DNA from: Craspedostauros australis
Lineage: Eukaryota
DNA length: 32,266 nucleotides
Direction: 5' to 3'
NCBI GenBank assembly: GCA_030167865.1
Contig: JALAGF010002993.1
Span: 1 to 32,266 of the forward strand
The position numbers and the translations under genes are program-made. Numbering within the stretch: the stretch's first letter is position 1; each line of letters opens with the position of its first letter. This document shows, in pieces, positions 21,365-32,266 of the stretch. Below the pieces are notes generated by a model. The model ran no database searches and had not been told where the DNA came from. It was given only the letters and a program-made list of their open reading frames with translations.

Positions 21365-24300
21365 TTACTCTCTGCCACTGCTGACTTCAGATCGTTTGGA
21401 AGTGGCATGCGAGGTTGAGAAATCGCTCTCGTCGGCGACGTAGTCATTCTCGGATGCATCGAAGGTGTCCATGGTGAATGCATGGTGCCTGGATGAGAGC
21501 ATCGGGGCACGTCGGCGGTTGTAGGAGGAGTATGCTCCGCCGAACGAAGGCATCGTGACGGTCTTGTTGCTGCTTCCACTGCTGTTGTTGTTGCTGCTGC
21601 TATTGTTGTTGTCCAAGTCGCCGTTGGTGATGGCGCTGGTGTTAAAGTCAGCACTTCCAATGGTGGTGTTGGTGTTGGTGTAGGCAAGGTTGATGCCACT
21701 GTAGTTTCGATGTTGATGCCAGTCAGATCCCGCGGTGCCGAGAGGTGTGGGCGTCGTTCTGCGATCACTTCGGTTGGTGGTGATAGGGGTGTTGACGTTG
21801 GCAGTTCGCTTAATGCGAGGGATCATGACTGGGACCATCTTGGGAGGTTGACGGTGATGGCTTGATCGCGCTGTCTCTGCCCATGCACCCGAAGAATTGA
21901 GTGCACTGCGTCCTGGCTGCGGGATTGAGCTGACATACGGTGAAGCTGGGAATGTTCGCGATCGACGGCGCTTCATGGTTCTCGTGTCATCCCTTGATTC
22001 CGAAGTATCAAAGTCAGAGGAACCGCCAGCTGCCTCATCCGAACGAATTTCGTCAGAACGGATCTCATCCTCCTGCAGACGCCGTGCCAAATCCAATCGG
22101 TCGCTTGCCTGTTCCACGATGAAAGGCGCTTCCGATCTTGTCCGCGGTGTCGAAGGCGCGTGCTTCGGACTCGTTCGCTGCTTCGACTGTTTTTGCTTGT
22201 GCTTGGCCGGTGGCTTCTGTTGGCTGTCACGCAGCAGCAGGCCTGATTCGCTGATTTGGAGAGCGCCCTTGGCCAGGCTGATTTCGTTGTCCAACTTGTT
22301 CACGCTCTGCTCGGCGCGGGCGACTCGTGTTATCAACGTCGCGGCGAGGTCATCGATGTCTGTATCGTGTTTGGCTCTCTCCTCGTTGGCTTCCTCCATC
22401 TCGGTGATCAGCTTCTTCGCGATCTTGCTGCGCTCCTTCTGATGATGCTTGGTCTTCTTTTGCTCGCCCTGCACAGCGATGATGGCCTCCTCCGCGGTTC
22501 GGACCTTCTGGCTGATGTCGTTGCTCACCTTCGTCAGCTTGCGGAACTCCTTCTGCAGCAAAGAGATGTCAGCGCTCTGCAGCGCCTTGCGTCGATGATC
22601 GTTTGCGTTTGCTGGGACCAAGCTGGTGGTCGGACCCTTTTCGAGGGCTCCTGCGTTGGCTGTCTGAAGTCGGCTCAATTCATCCATCGTCTTCTTCAGT
22701 GCCTCCAATTTCACCTTGGCGATATCGCGCTGCGTCTCAGCTTCTTCAGCATGCCTTTGGGCATCCTTCACCTGCTCGATCAAGTCTTCGCGTTCCTTGA
22801 TGGTGGATTGGACGTTGGTGCTGGACTGCAGCTTCACTTCCGAGAGCTTGCGACGCAACGTCGAGTTCTCCTTGTGCAACGATTTGAACTGCGTCACGAG
22901 CTCCTTGCGTTCGGCGGACTTGGCCGATTTCATCTCGGAGCGCAACTCCGACGCAGCCTCCGCCTTGCCCTCCTCCTTTGCTGCTGCGCATGCCTTGTCA
23001 GCCTGGGCCGCTGCATCCGTAAGTTCAGTCTGAATCTTCTGCACCTGCTCCTTGAGACGAGCTGCCTCCTGCTCCGAATCCTGAAGCTTCGCTCGTGCGA
23101 GCTTAAGGTCCATAGTCGCCTGTGCTTGTTCGGTGGTTTTACTGACCAAGCTGGCTTCCAACGACCTGATCCTCTCCTTCAAGGCAGCATTCTTGGTGTT
23201 GAGCATTTTGATGTCTTCGTGGAGGCGGTTCATGCGTTCATTTTGCGCATTGGTTGGCTGGTGTTGATGTTGATGCTGCTGCGTCGTGACCCTTGCCTTC
23301 ATCGAACGCACCTCGTTGCCTAGCTTCTTCACCCTGTCGCGGGCCAAGCGAAGGTCCGACACCGACGTATCGTTCAGCTTCTTGTAGCGCTTGAGATGGC
23401 GGATCAGGTCCGACACCCTTGATGACACCTGCCAGATATCTTGGTGCAGATGGCGTTGCTCATCCTCGCCGTTGCTGTTGCTGCTGCGAATAGTACTACT
23501 GTTCTCATCGTTGCCACCGTCATCGTTCTTGTCGTCGGTGACATTCGCGGTTTGAGCTGTACCACCATCGGAGAGCATCTTGTTCATGTCATCAGAGAAG
23601 AGCAGGTCGTGCAGCTCGTTGATCATGGTGTTGACCTCCTCCAACTCCACCAGCTTCTTCGACTTCTCCTTCCTCGAGCTCGCCATCGACACGTTCATCT
23701 TGGTGAGCTCCGTCTTGAGGAGGATCGTCTCGTCGCGTGATGACTTGAGCAGCTCCTGGCATGCATGCAGCTCCTCGTGGTTGCGATCGTGCGAGTATTT
23801 CGAGACTGAGAGGGCGACGTTGGTGTCGTCGAGCTGCTGCTCGATGTCCGCCTTCTCCTCTTTCGTGGTCTTCAGCCTGCTTCGCAACGTCTTGATCTCC
23901 GCTAGCTGATCCTCGCCGTCCTTGACCTTGCGCTCGATCTCTGCCTTGGCTTCGTCCAGCTCCGTGGACAATTCCGTGATCTCCACGCAGCTACGTTCGA
24001 AGTCCTCGGTGATCGAATCCACCTGCTTCTTGGTGGCCACGGTCTCCTCCTGCGCTCGTTGCAACGTCTCCTTCGTGCGCGCGGTGAGATGCTGCTGCGC
24101 CTTGATGTCGGCACGCAGCGACTCCATCTCCTGCTCCCTGTCTTCGAGCTTGCGGATCATGGAACGGTGCTTCGTCGAGAAGGCTTCGTCGTCGTCCATG
24201 CGGGCAAGGTTGATCTTCTCGATCTCCTCCGACAACGTCGAGACCTCATTCTCCAATGCCGTGGCTGCCTGCTGCGACGTGTGCAGGGAGGCCTCCAGCG

Positions 24301-27300
24301 ACTTGATCTTGTTCTTGTGCATGTCCTCCATCACCGTTGATTCGTGCAGTTCCTGGCTCTTCGCATCGAGCTCGATCTTGAGCATGTCGATCTGCTCCTT
24401 CATGGTGGCCATGTCATTGCGAGCATTCTCCAGCTTGCGTGCCTGCTTGGACTTCAATTCCTGCAGCTTCTGCCTGCTGCGCTGTTCGCTCTCCTCCAGG
24501 GCCCGCTGCATCTCCGCATTGAGACCTTCGATCTCGGTCTCCAGCTCCTGGATGCTGCGCTGCGAGTCGATGAGGCTGGCGGTCAGCTGCTCGCACCGTT
24601 CTTGGGTCGAGGTGAGCTCCGTCTGAGTCTTGGACGTGACGTGCTTCGACTCCTTGTACTTCTTCTTGATGTTCGAATTCTCCTCGATGAGGACGGTGAA
24701 CTGATTCTTGAATTCGTTCATCTCACGCTGCCGTTCCTTGGCGAGCTGCGCCCTTGTGGATGCCGCCATCGCGGACTGCTTGTCGACTTCGGACTTGGCA
24801 TCATCCAGGCTGCTCTTCAGAGTCGTGATCTCCTCCTTCAACAGCTCGTTTTCGAACGCCACCTTCTCCAACGAGATGTTCATGTCCACGAGCTCGACCT
24901 TCAGCTTCAGAGCCTCCACGCGTTCGATGGAATCACCGTCGTCGGTGTAGCTGGAGGTGTTGGAGGCATCGCTGTCGTCATCATCGTCGTCGGAGTACCC
25001 ACCGGTGTTCCTCCGGCCACGTCCTTCGGCGACGATGAGGCGTTGCAGATGATCCTTGAGCAGATTCAGCTTGACTGCGTTCATGCTGTTGGTACCATCA
25101 AACGCTCCCGTTCTGTTCAAGGCGGAGTCCGACATCGACGGCGATTGGCTCTTCGCCAGGTCCAGCTTGCTCTGGCATGACTTCAGCTCCTCCGTGCGTC
25201 GGCTCAGATCCATCTTGCAACTGCTGAGATCGTTGTTGAGCGTGAATACGCGCTCGCGCAGTTCCTTGCTTTCCGTCAGCGATGCCTCCAGCGAATCCTT
25301 CAGCAGCATGGTCTCCTGCTTCAGCATCCGGATTTGCTTGCTGCTCCTGTCATCCCTTCCGTGGCCTTGCGACTTGGATGGTGACTTGGCCCGCGATGTT
25401 GCGTTGCCGTGTGTGTTTGCGTTTGCATGTGCATCGGCTATATGAGATGCTGCTGCCGATGCCATTTGCAGCTGCTGCCGCAACGATTCGTTGACACCCA
25501 AGGCGTCCTTCAGCTGGGACTTCAGAGAGCTGCGTTCCCGATCCTCGCGCTTCTTCATCTGCGTGCGGAGCTCCTTCTCGGCAGCCTCGCGACCTGTCTG
25601 GGCGGCCTTATGTTGCGCTTCGCTGAACATGCGCTCCATGCCTTCCAGTTCGTGAAGCAGAGATTCGTAGTCAGCACGTGAGGTTTCCAAGTCGGACGTC
25701 AGCCTCGACCGTTCCTCCTTCACTGCGTTCATCTCTTCCCTGCACATGCCGACGGTCTCCTCGAGCGATAGGACCTGCTCCGCCTGTTTGCGTGAATCGT
25801 TGTCGACAGATCGTAGCTTGCGCTGCGTTTCGTGGAGCTTCTCCTGCACCTCGCGGAACAGATCCTGCGTCCTCTTGAGCTGGGCAGAGAGCTCGTCGAA
25901 TTCATCTTTCGAAACGGTTGGGCGACGTTCATTGTCGGCACGCGCCGCCGCCGCAGCAGCCGTTTGCGCGCCGTCGATGGTGGAATTGAGCGTGGTGGAT
26001 GCAGCACCTTCTGCCAGCGAGCGTGCGTACTTCGTCTCGAGATGCGAGAGCTGCTTCTGCAGACCTTCCGTGGTTTGCCGCAATTCCTCCACTTGTTGCT
26101 GGCTGGTATTCAAGTCGCTCTGACACTTCTCGTGCGAGTATTCTGAGACGGACAGCGCAATGCGCGCGTCGTCCATTTGGTTCTGCAGCTTCTGCTTGTC
26201 CTCGGTGAGCGATTTGAGCTGCTGTCGGAGAATGTGGAGGCTCTGGTCGGATTCGCCGGCATCATCAGCCCTGCGCTCCGGTGATGGATCGCTCTGTTGT
26301 CTCTTGCTCTTGTTGTGGCTGCTGTCGGCAGTGGCAGCCAAGGGATCGCCGTGTTTGGGGGCAAAGGTAACGGCACGGCTGCTCCCGTTATCGTTTGAAG
26401 CCGCGTTGTCCCGTTCGCGGTAGTAGGCTGCGATGGTTTCCGCGCTGGCGAGATTATCTTTCAGTGTGCACAGCTCCTCCTGCGCTTCGAGCAGCCGCAT
26501 CTCCAGGTTCGTCTTCTCCTCGTGCAACGCCGTGAGCTCATCGCGCGTGAGGGTGGATTCGTTGTGCTGGTACGATGTGAGCTTCGATTGCATCTCGGCG
26601 ATGGTCGACCTCAGCGCCACGTTCTCATCTCTCGACGCATCCAGAAAGCTCTCGAGGACGCTGATGGTCTTGGATGGGATGTTGTTCTCGCTCTCGGAGG
26701 CCAGGTGCACGCCGCTCTTCAGCTCGGCGTTCTCCTTCATCACCTCATCCAACCTGGACTGCAGCAGTTCTGACTTGCCCTGGGCCTCATGGGTTGATTC
26801 GGTCTCGTCAGGGTCAAGGTTGATCGTGCGGGCCTGTCGCATGCTGTGCGAGCTCGGTGGGTCCGCGAGGTTCGTTTGCGGTTCCATGCTGCAGCTGCTG
26901 CTGGAGCCAAGAAGCTTCGAGATGAGTTCGACGCCCCTGTCACCCTCGCGTTCGTCTTCCAGGTCTGCGATTTCCGCCTCAAGTGTCGCGACGATGTCCT
27001 TCGTTTCGTCCACTTCCTTTCGCAGCGATTCGGCGGTCTCCTTGGTCGCTTTCATTTCGGCACGCAAAGAATCGGCGGTTTCCTCGGACAGCTTGAGCTT
27101 GGCATTGGCATCATCACATCGAGTCGTGAGATCCAGCACCTCCTCCTTCGCCAGCGTATACTCAGACAGGATGTCGGCGTAGGCAGCCTGCGACTCCTCG
27201 AGCTTGATCTTGATCGATTCCGCTTCCTGAAGCAGGTTCGAGATCTCCGTCATCATCTCGTGCTTCTCGGCGCTGAACTTCACCGCGCATCGTTCCTTCA

Positions 27301-29528
27301 TCTCCTTGGCGCTGTCCTGCTTCAGCACGTCGCAGCGGTTCTTCCACAACGTCTCCACCTCGCGCAGCGCTATCTCGTTGTCGTTGTGCTGCGCCTGCAG
27401 TGATGCTTCCAATCTCATGACTTCATCCTTGAGCCGCGGGATCTCCTCCTTCATGCTGCTGTGATGTTGGAGCTTCTCCTGCAGCACCTCGTGGTCGTGG
27501 AACAGACGCTTGAACTTCTCGCGCAGCGTCGTGATTTCTCGTTCCTGCTCCTCCTTCAACGCCTTGATTGTGGTCTGCTCGACCTCGCGCGTCACCGTTT
27601 CCCGGATGTCCAGCGCTATCTTGTCGCGCAGCATCGCCTCCTGTCGATCCGGTTGGAGGTCGTGCAGTTGCTGATGGAGTTGCTGGATGTCGTTGTGCAG
27701 GGCGTCGTTCTCGTCCTGCGATGCCTCCAGAACCTGTCTGCACTCGAAGAGATCTTCGCTGGCGGCCTTCGACACGTCGCGCATCTCGGACACCATGCGC
27801 TCCAGGTCTTCCATGGCGCTCTTCTGGGCCTGGTTCTTCGCCCTCAGGTCCTGGATTTGGTCCTCGCTGTGATGTTTGGTTTCCTTCTCCTGGCGGATGG
27901 TGCGTTCGAGGTCGTAAATGTCCTTGCGCTTGAGTTCGATCTCGTCCTGGAGTCTGTCGATCCTCGACTGCCAGTCGTCACCATTGCTCTTTTCTCTGGC
28001 TTCATCGAACCTTTGTCGGTACACCTTGGCATCTTCCTTCGCCACATGCAGGGCTTCCGTGACCTCCGTCACCTCCTGCTTCAGCATCGTGCATTCGTTG
28101 ACGAGCTCCTCGTTTTGCTGCTTGTACTTGTCCTTCGTCACCTGCAGGTTCTGGTACAACCTCTTCTGTTCTGCGTTATCAGCCTCCACATGCTTGTGCT
28201 TGTGTTCCAGGGCCTCGACGTCGGCAGCGTGACCCCTCTGCATCTCATCCATGCGCTCCCTGTACATCTCCATGTCCTGCTCTGCGTCACGCAGCTCTCG
28301 CGTGACGTGTGACAGCTCCTGCTTCAGGGCGTGGCATTCGTCTCGCAGCTCGGACTCGGTGGCCTCCGTGGTCGCCTGTCGTTGGATGGAGTCGTCTCGT
28401 TGTTGGCTTTCGGCCTGGGCGAACTCCGTCTCCTTCGTCGCCAGCTGCGTTTTGAGATGATCGAGGTCGTCCATGAGCAAGGTCTGCTTGGATTCGGATT
28501 CGCGTAGCTTGTCCTCCGTCGTCCATAGCTGCTGCAGCGTCTTCTCCAGCTGCTCCGTGGTGGATTCTAGCTCCGATACGAGCTCGGTGTAAGACTCATC
28601 GACCTGGACGCTGCTGCTGGCCCTCTTGGTGATCTCGCAGGCCATGTCAGTCTTGACGGAGCTGGGTGTGGAGTTGTTGTGGCTGATGTCGTTGTGACTG
28701 CTGGTGCTGGTGCTGTTGATGTTGTTGATCTTGGAGGCGGCCTCCTTCCTTGATCGTTCCTCCTCTTGCATGCGTCGCACGTACTGCTTGTGATCGTCCG
28801 TGGTGCGATCCAGCTCCTTGCACTTGAATGTCAGTTCCTCGTGCAGCGCGTTGCACTCGTCACGTAGCTCACGGTTGTCCTTCTCCATCTGCTGTATCGT
28901 CTCCTCGTACTCGTGCCGGCACTCCGATTCCAGCTTTTCAAGTGCCGATTTCGCCTCCAGCCGTTTGCGTTGCTCTTCCCGCAGCTGCTGCTTCTGCGCG
29001 TTGATCTCCTGTTCCTGGGTAAGGAGGACGGGTTCCATGGATTCGAGCTTGCTCGCCATGGCCTCGTTGGCTTGCCTGGCCTCCGACAGCTGCGTGTCTG
29101 TGGTGTTGCCGTGAGCGTTTACGTTTACGTATGCGGTGATGTGATGTGATGAGAGAAAAAAACGACGAATGGCGCGGCGCATATGAGTACGAGTAGAGGG
29201 TTTGTGAACAGATGTTCGTGTGAGTGGACGGTGCGAGTGCACATGCAAGCATGGGGATGGGAATGGACGCGCATCATTGCTCGTTCGGTACCACCACACA
29301 ATGAAGTCTTCTCACATTTCCTTCAAGAATATACGAACAAAACGATGCAGGCAACTCCACCACAAAAAGTGAGCGAAGGAACGAGCGATACTTACGCAAT
29401 TCGATGACATCCTTGTCCAGGCTCTCCTCCAAGTGCCGCGATGTGTGCAGGTACTCCTCGAACGCTATCCTCACATTGCGAAGCTCCAGCTCCAATTCCT
29501 GGACGGTTGGTTTCGCATTGGACGGCAT
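21365..29528 (-). CDS. Giant coiled-coil protein (~2621 aa) with a NudE/NDE1-like N-terminus; exons 29528-29396 and 29097-21365
   Basis: A 7.7-kb open frame rich in E/K/L/Q heptads. Exon 1 (MPSNAKPTVQELELELRNVRIAFEEYLHTSRHLEESLDKDVIEL) ends at C|GTAAGT and joins CACAG|AC in phase 1 across a 298-nt intron. Confidence 0.85.
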
Positions 29529-30487
29529 GATGGATTATCGCGTGTGCGTCTGTGCGATGGCACGAAGATACTGTAGTAGCTGTTGTTGAGACTTCTTTCT
29601 GCGACGACAATGATGATGACGCAGATCCGAGTCAATCGCTTCACTCCCAGCGTTCACGAGGGGCGTGCGATAGGATTGCTCTCTCCGTAGCTTCGCCAAT
29701 GCGCAAGGATCGTCGTCTCCGTTACTTGGTCACTATAGATAGCAGTGCGGTGCCCGTAGTCTTGGTCGTGGCTCCAATGGATTGTGTTGATGCCAACGCT
29801 CCTTCTGCTGCCTGGCCTGTTGTGTCCGCTTGCAATGACGCGGTGATGCCAACGGCAGTCTCAATGGGATACAATGGCAACAGCGATGTTGGTGTTGGAT
29901 GCAGATGCGCTTGTTGCCTGTTGCATTTGATTCCCGAAGTGACCGGCGTTGGAGGGAGTTGGGGATGGTGGTTGTGTGCGTCCTTCGGATGCTGATACTG
30001 ATGCGGACGCGCACACTGATACCGTACGTGTGGTTGTAAACACAGCGGTGTGAGTTTGGATCAGGATGCGCACTTGTTCCAATGTTCGCGCCCTTTTTTC
30101 TTGTTTGTGTTCAGCGTAGATCCTCGTACTGTTACTAGTTGTCCTCAGTTCGCGCGCCAAAAAAATCATGACTTGCCTCCAACATGTTTGTGGCGATCGC
30201 AGTTGGCGATGAATTGGGCATCGCAAAATTGTCCAATCGTGTCGTATTCGGGCTAATAAAGTCGCTCACTTAGGGAAGGATAAAATAACTCGTTCTGACT
30301 CGTATGATCACTTTGTAGACCAAATTGGGTCCCGGATTTTCGGAATCACGAACGGTTGAAAAGAGTAATCTGATCTTTACCGTTGCTTCCAACAGGCAAA
30401 GAGAACGATCACTGGCCTAACACGTGGCCTTGTGGTGGGAGTTCCAAAGTGTTCGCCGTCTCTCCACGCTTCCGTTCGGTCATCAAC

Positions 30488-30785
30488 GTGTTGTGTGTTG
30501 TGTGTGGGGTGTTGTGTGTGGGGTGTTGTGTGTTGTGTGTGGGGTGTTGTGTGTGGGGTGTTGTGTGCTGTGTGTGGGGTGTTGTGTGCTGTGTGTGGGG
30601 TGTTGTGTGCTGTGTGCTGTGTGCTGTGTGCTGTGTGTGGGGTGTTGTGTGCTATGTGCTATGTGCTGTGTGCAGTGTGCTGTGTGCAGTGTGCTGTGTG
30701 CTGTGTGCAGTGTGCAGTGTGCAGTGTGCAGTGTGCTGTGTGCTGTGTGCTGTGTGCTGTGTGCTGTGTGCTGTGTGCTGTGTGC
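30488..30785. repeat. ~300-bp compound GT-rich satellite (TGTGTGGGGTGT, TGTGTGC and TGCAGTG units)
   Basis: Read directly. Unit type grades from G-run 12/19-mers to TGTGTGC heptamers. Confidence 0.95.
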
Positions 30786-31027
30786 ACATGGATACGTACT
30801 CTCATGAACAATAGCCTAATACAAGTATAATACTCGTACTCGACGCGTTTGGGATCGCAGAGCATCACTGAAGGTACATTCCAAGACTCCACGCGGACTC
30901 TAAAACCGCAAGCACATAGAATAGGTCGTACAATAGCTGAATCATCTGCTCTACCCTATTCCGTGCCGTTCCATTCGATTCAGCCGTACCTACGATAAGT
31001 TCCATCACATTCGCGTAGCAGCTCAAG

Positions 31028-31825
31028 ATGAAGGAGAGGAGGACCTGCTGCAGCTGCGATGAGTGCAACTGCGGTCCGAATTGCAAGTGCTCAGAAATGC
31101 TGTGTCGCTGTGAAGCGTCGAGCGTCCTGAACAGCCTGGGGATTTCGGGCGGTGGCACTCTTGCAGGAGTGCCATCGAACAGCTCCTCCAAACCAAGCTG
31201 TTGCGGATCCAAGAAGAAACAGAAGAAAAAGGATGAGGCAGCACCAAACACGGTGGCAGATGCGACAGACAAGGAGAAGCAGCAACAGAAGTACGATGAT
31301 GGGAGCAACACAAGCGATGCTGTGGATGTATTCTCTCCTACAAAGGCGGCAGTCAATGCCATGATTGTTGCCAAATGGAGGGTGGAAGATATCATGGACG
31401 CAACGAAGCAGAAAGTGAAGGGATTGTTCGAGGACTCGCAGCATCTGGAGATTGATGACTTCCTTGGGATGGCCCGTGGCTTGGTGCGCGGTCATGACCA
31501 TGCCCAGCAACTCTGCGATCGCATGAACGCCATTGGGGTGAAGGCGGTGCTGGACTTCGTGGAGGATCCCAGCGAACGCAGCCAGAGGGAGGACGATTTG
31601 CGCGCGACGAACTTGAGTGATGCCTTCGTTGCGACCGCAGCAGCAACAACTGATGGTCATGGAGGGACACGATCTCTCCAAACCAACGGTGCAAACAAGT
31701 TTGAACAGGTGCAAACAGGGGCGCTGTTGCGAATCCAGACATCCTGTCTTCCTACCGTACAGACAAACAGACGACCAGGCATTCGTGGCCACAAACAACA
31801 AAAGGAAATCGAGCAAATTCACTAA
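31028..31825 (+). CDS. Metallothionein-like Cys-rich N-terminus plus degenerate HMA-like domain; possibly the 5' part of a heavy-metal binding/transport protein truncated by a transposon
   Basis: Cys clusters CCSCDECNCGPNCKCSEMLCRC and SCCGS. WRVEDIM..LEIDDFLGMARG..LCDRMNAIGVKAVL follows the HMA pattern but has no CxxC. The stop codon lies inside the repeat starting at 31811. Confidence 0.55.
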   Translation: MKERRTCCSCDECNCGPNCKCSEMLCRCEASSVLNSLGISGGGTLAGVPSNSSSKPSCCGSKKKQKKKDEAAPNTVADATDKEKQQQKYDDGSNTSDAVDVFSPTKAAVNAMIVAKWRVEDIMDATKQKVKGLFEDSQHLEIDDFLGMARGLVRGHDHAQQLCDRMNAIGVKAVLDFVEDPSERSQREDDLRATNLSDAFVATAAATTDGHGGTRSLQTNGANKFEQVQTGALLRIQTSCLPTVQTNRRPGIRGHKQQKEIEQIH

Positions 31826-32266
31826 CCAGGTCGTTTTTGTTGGCAAAGTTCACTAACCAGGTCGTTTTGGTATTGGCCAATCACAATGGCCAGCCTTTTG
31901 GCCGGCGTGTCTCTGTGACAACTGCGAAAATAATATTTTAGCCACGACGCCAACAAAACAAACATTTCTCATGATCGGGTGGGAAGCAAGTATGATGGAG
32001 GCACACATGCCCATGTGGGCTCACATTTGTTCTTCTTACTCACAGATGTCCACCTATACAAAAGCCAACAAGTGCCTATTCAACAGTATTATGTCAATTT
32101 TAGATCTTGTATACTAGTATTCTGGAAGGCTGCCTGCCAGTTCATCAATCACTTTGGGCATGATCTTGTCCACCTTCTTTCATTTCTTCTCCACAAGAAC
32201 CATTGGCATTGGCTTTGGGCAGGCCTGCAGAAAGTGCCCACGTTGGCCACAGCCTGGACAGATACG
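31811..32266 (-). mobile_element. End of a degenerate Mutator-like (MULE) DNA transposon (runs off the window)
   Basis: A terminus beginning GAGCAAA contains a tandemly duplicated motif TTCACTAACCAGGTCGTTTT (31818 and 31849). There is no CpG in 31981-32240. A minus-strand remnant encodes a C-terminal CX2CX4HX4C knuckle. Confidence 0.65.
32114..32266 (-). pseudogene. C-terminal fragment of a putative transposase with a CCHC zinc knuckle and a premature stop
   Basis: Translates as RICPGCGQRGHFLQACPKPMPMVLVEKK*KKVDKIMPKVIDELAGSLPEY*. The internal TGA at 32182-32180 sits in a basic run and is consistent with CGA>TGA. Confidence 0.65.

Noticed and set aside
22256-28312. Multiple Leu/Ser-rich plus-strand ORFs opposite the coiled-coil gene
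   Set aside because: These are antisense translations of GAG/AAG/CAG-rich heptad sequence.
29098-29299. N-terminal 67 aa of the 2644-aa ORF in the track
   Set aside because: This lies within the predicted intron 29395-29098; the better start is the ATG at 29528.
30488-30785. Telomeric repeat
   Set aside because: There are no TTAGGG-type units, the array is heterogeneous, and it is internal with genes on both sides.
30383-30830. Cys/Val-rich ORFs resembling metallothionein or membrane peptides
   Set aside because: They are translations of the GT satellite, which is open in all three frames.

Overview
This is eukaryotic nuclear DNA, most likely from a diatom or another photosynthetic stramenopile. 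The evidence is GT-AG introns of about 290-470 nt, N-termini resembling ASAFAP-type bipartite plastid signals, RRL motifs and microsatellite-rich spacers. Seven protein genes can be supported: (1) a secreted 945-aa protein with 15 Myxococcus-type Cys-rich (DUF4215-like) repeats; (2) a 5-exon NSF-D1-like AAA+ ATPase with a 25-nt micro-exon and an apparent plastid-targeting presequence; (3) a polyQ/Tudor-like/class I SAM-methyltransferase-like protein; (4) a 2-exon organellar prolyl-tRNA synthetase with a WHEP domain; (5) a kinesin-13-like protein whose P-loop and switch motifs are destroyed, with a C-terminal SAM-like domain; (6) a ~2621-aa coiled-coil protein with a NudE-like N-terminus; (7) a metallothionein-like plus degenerate HMA-like ORF whose stop codon falls inside the terminal repeat of a CpG-depleted, Mutator-like transposon relic at the right edge. 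Family assignments come from motif recognition by eye; no database search was run. Positions ~1-3400 contain no ORF I can recognise.
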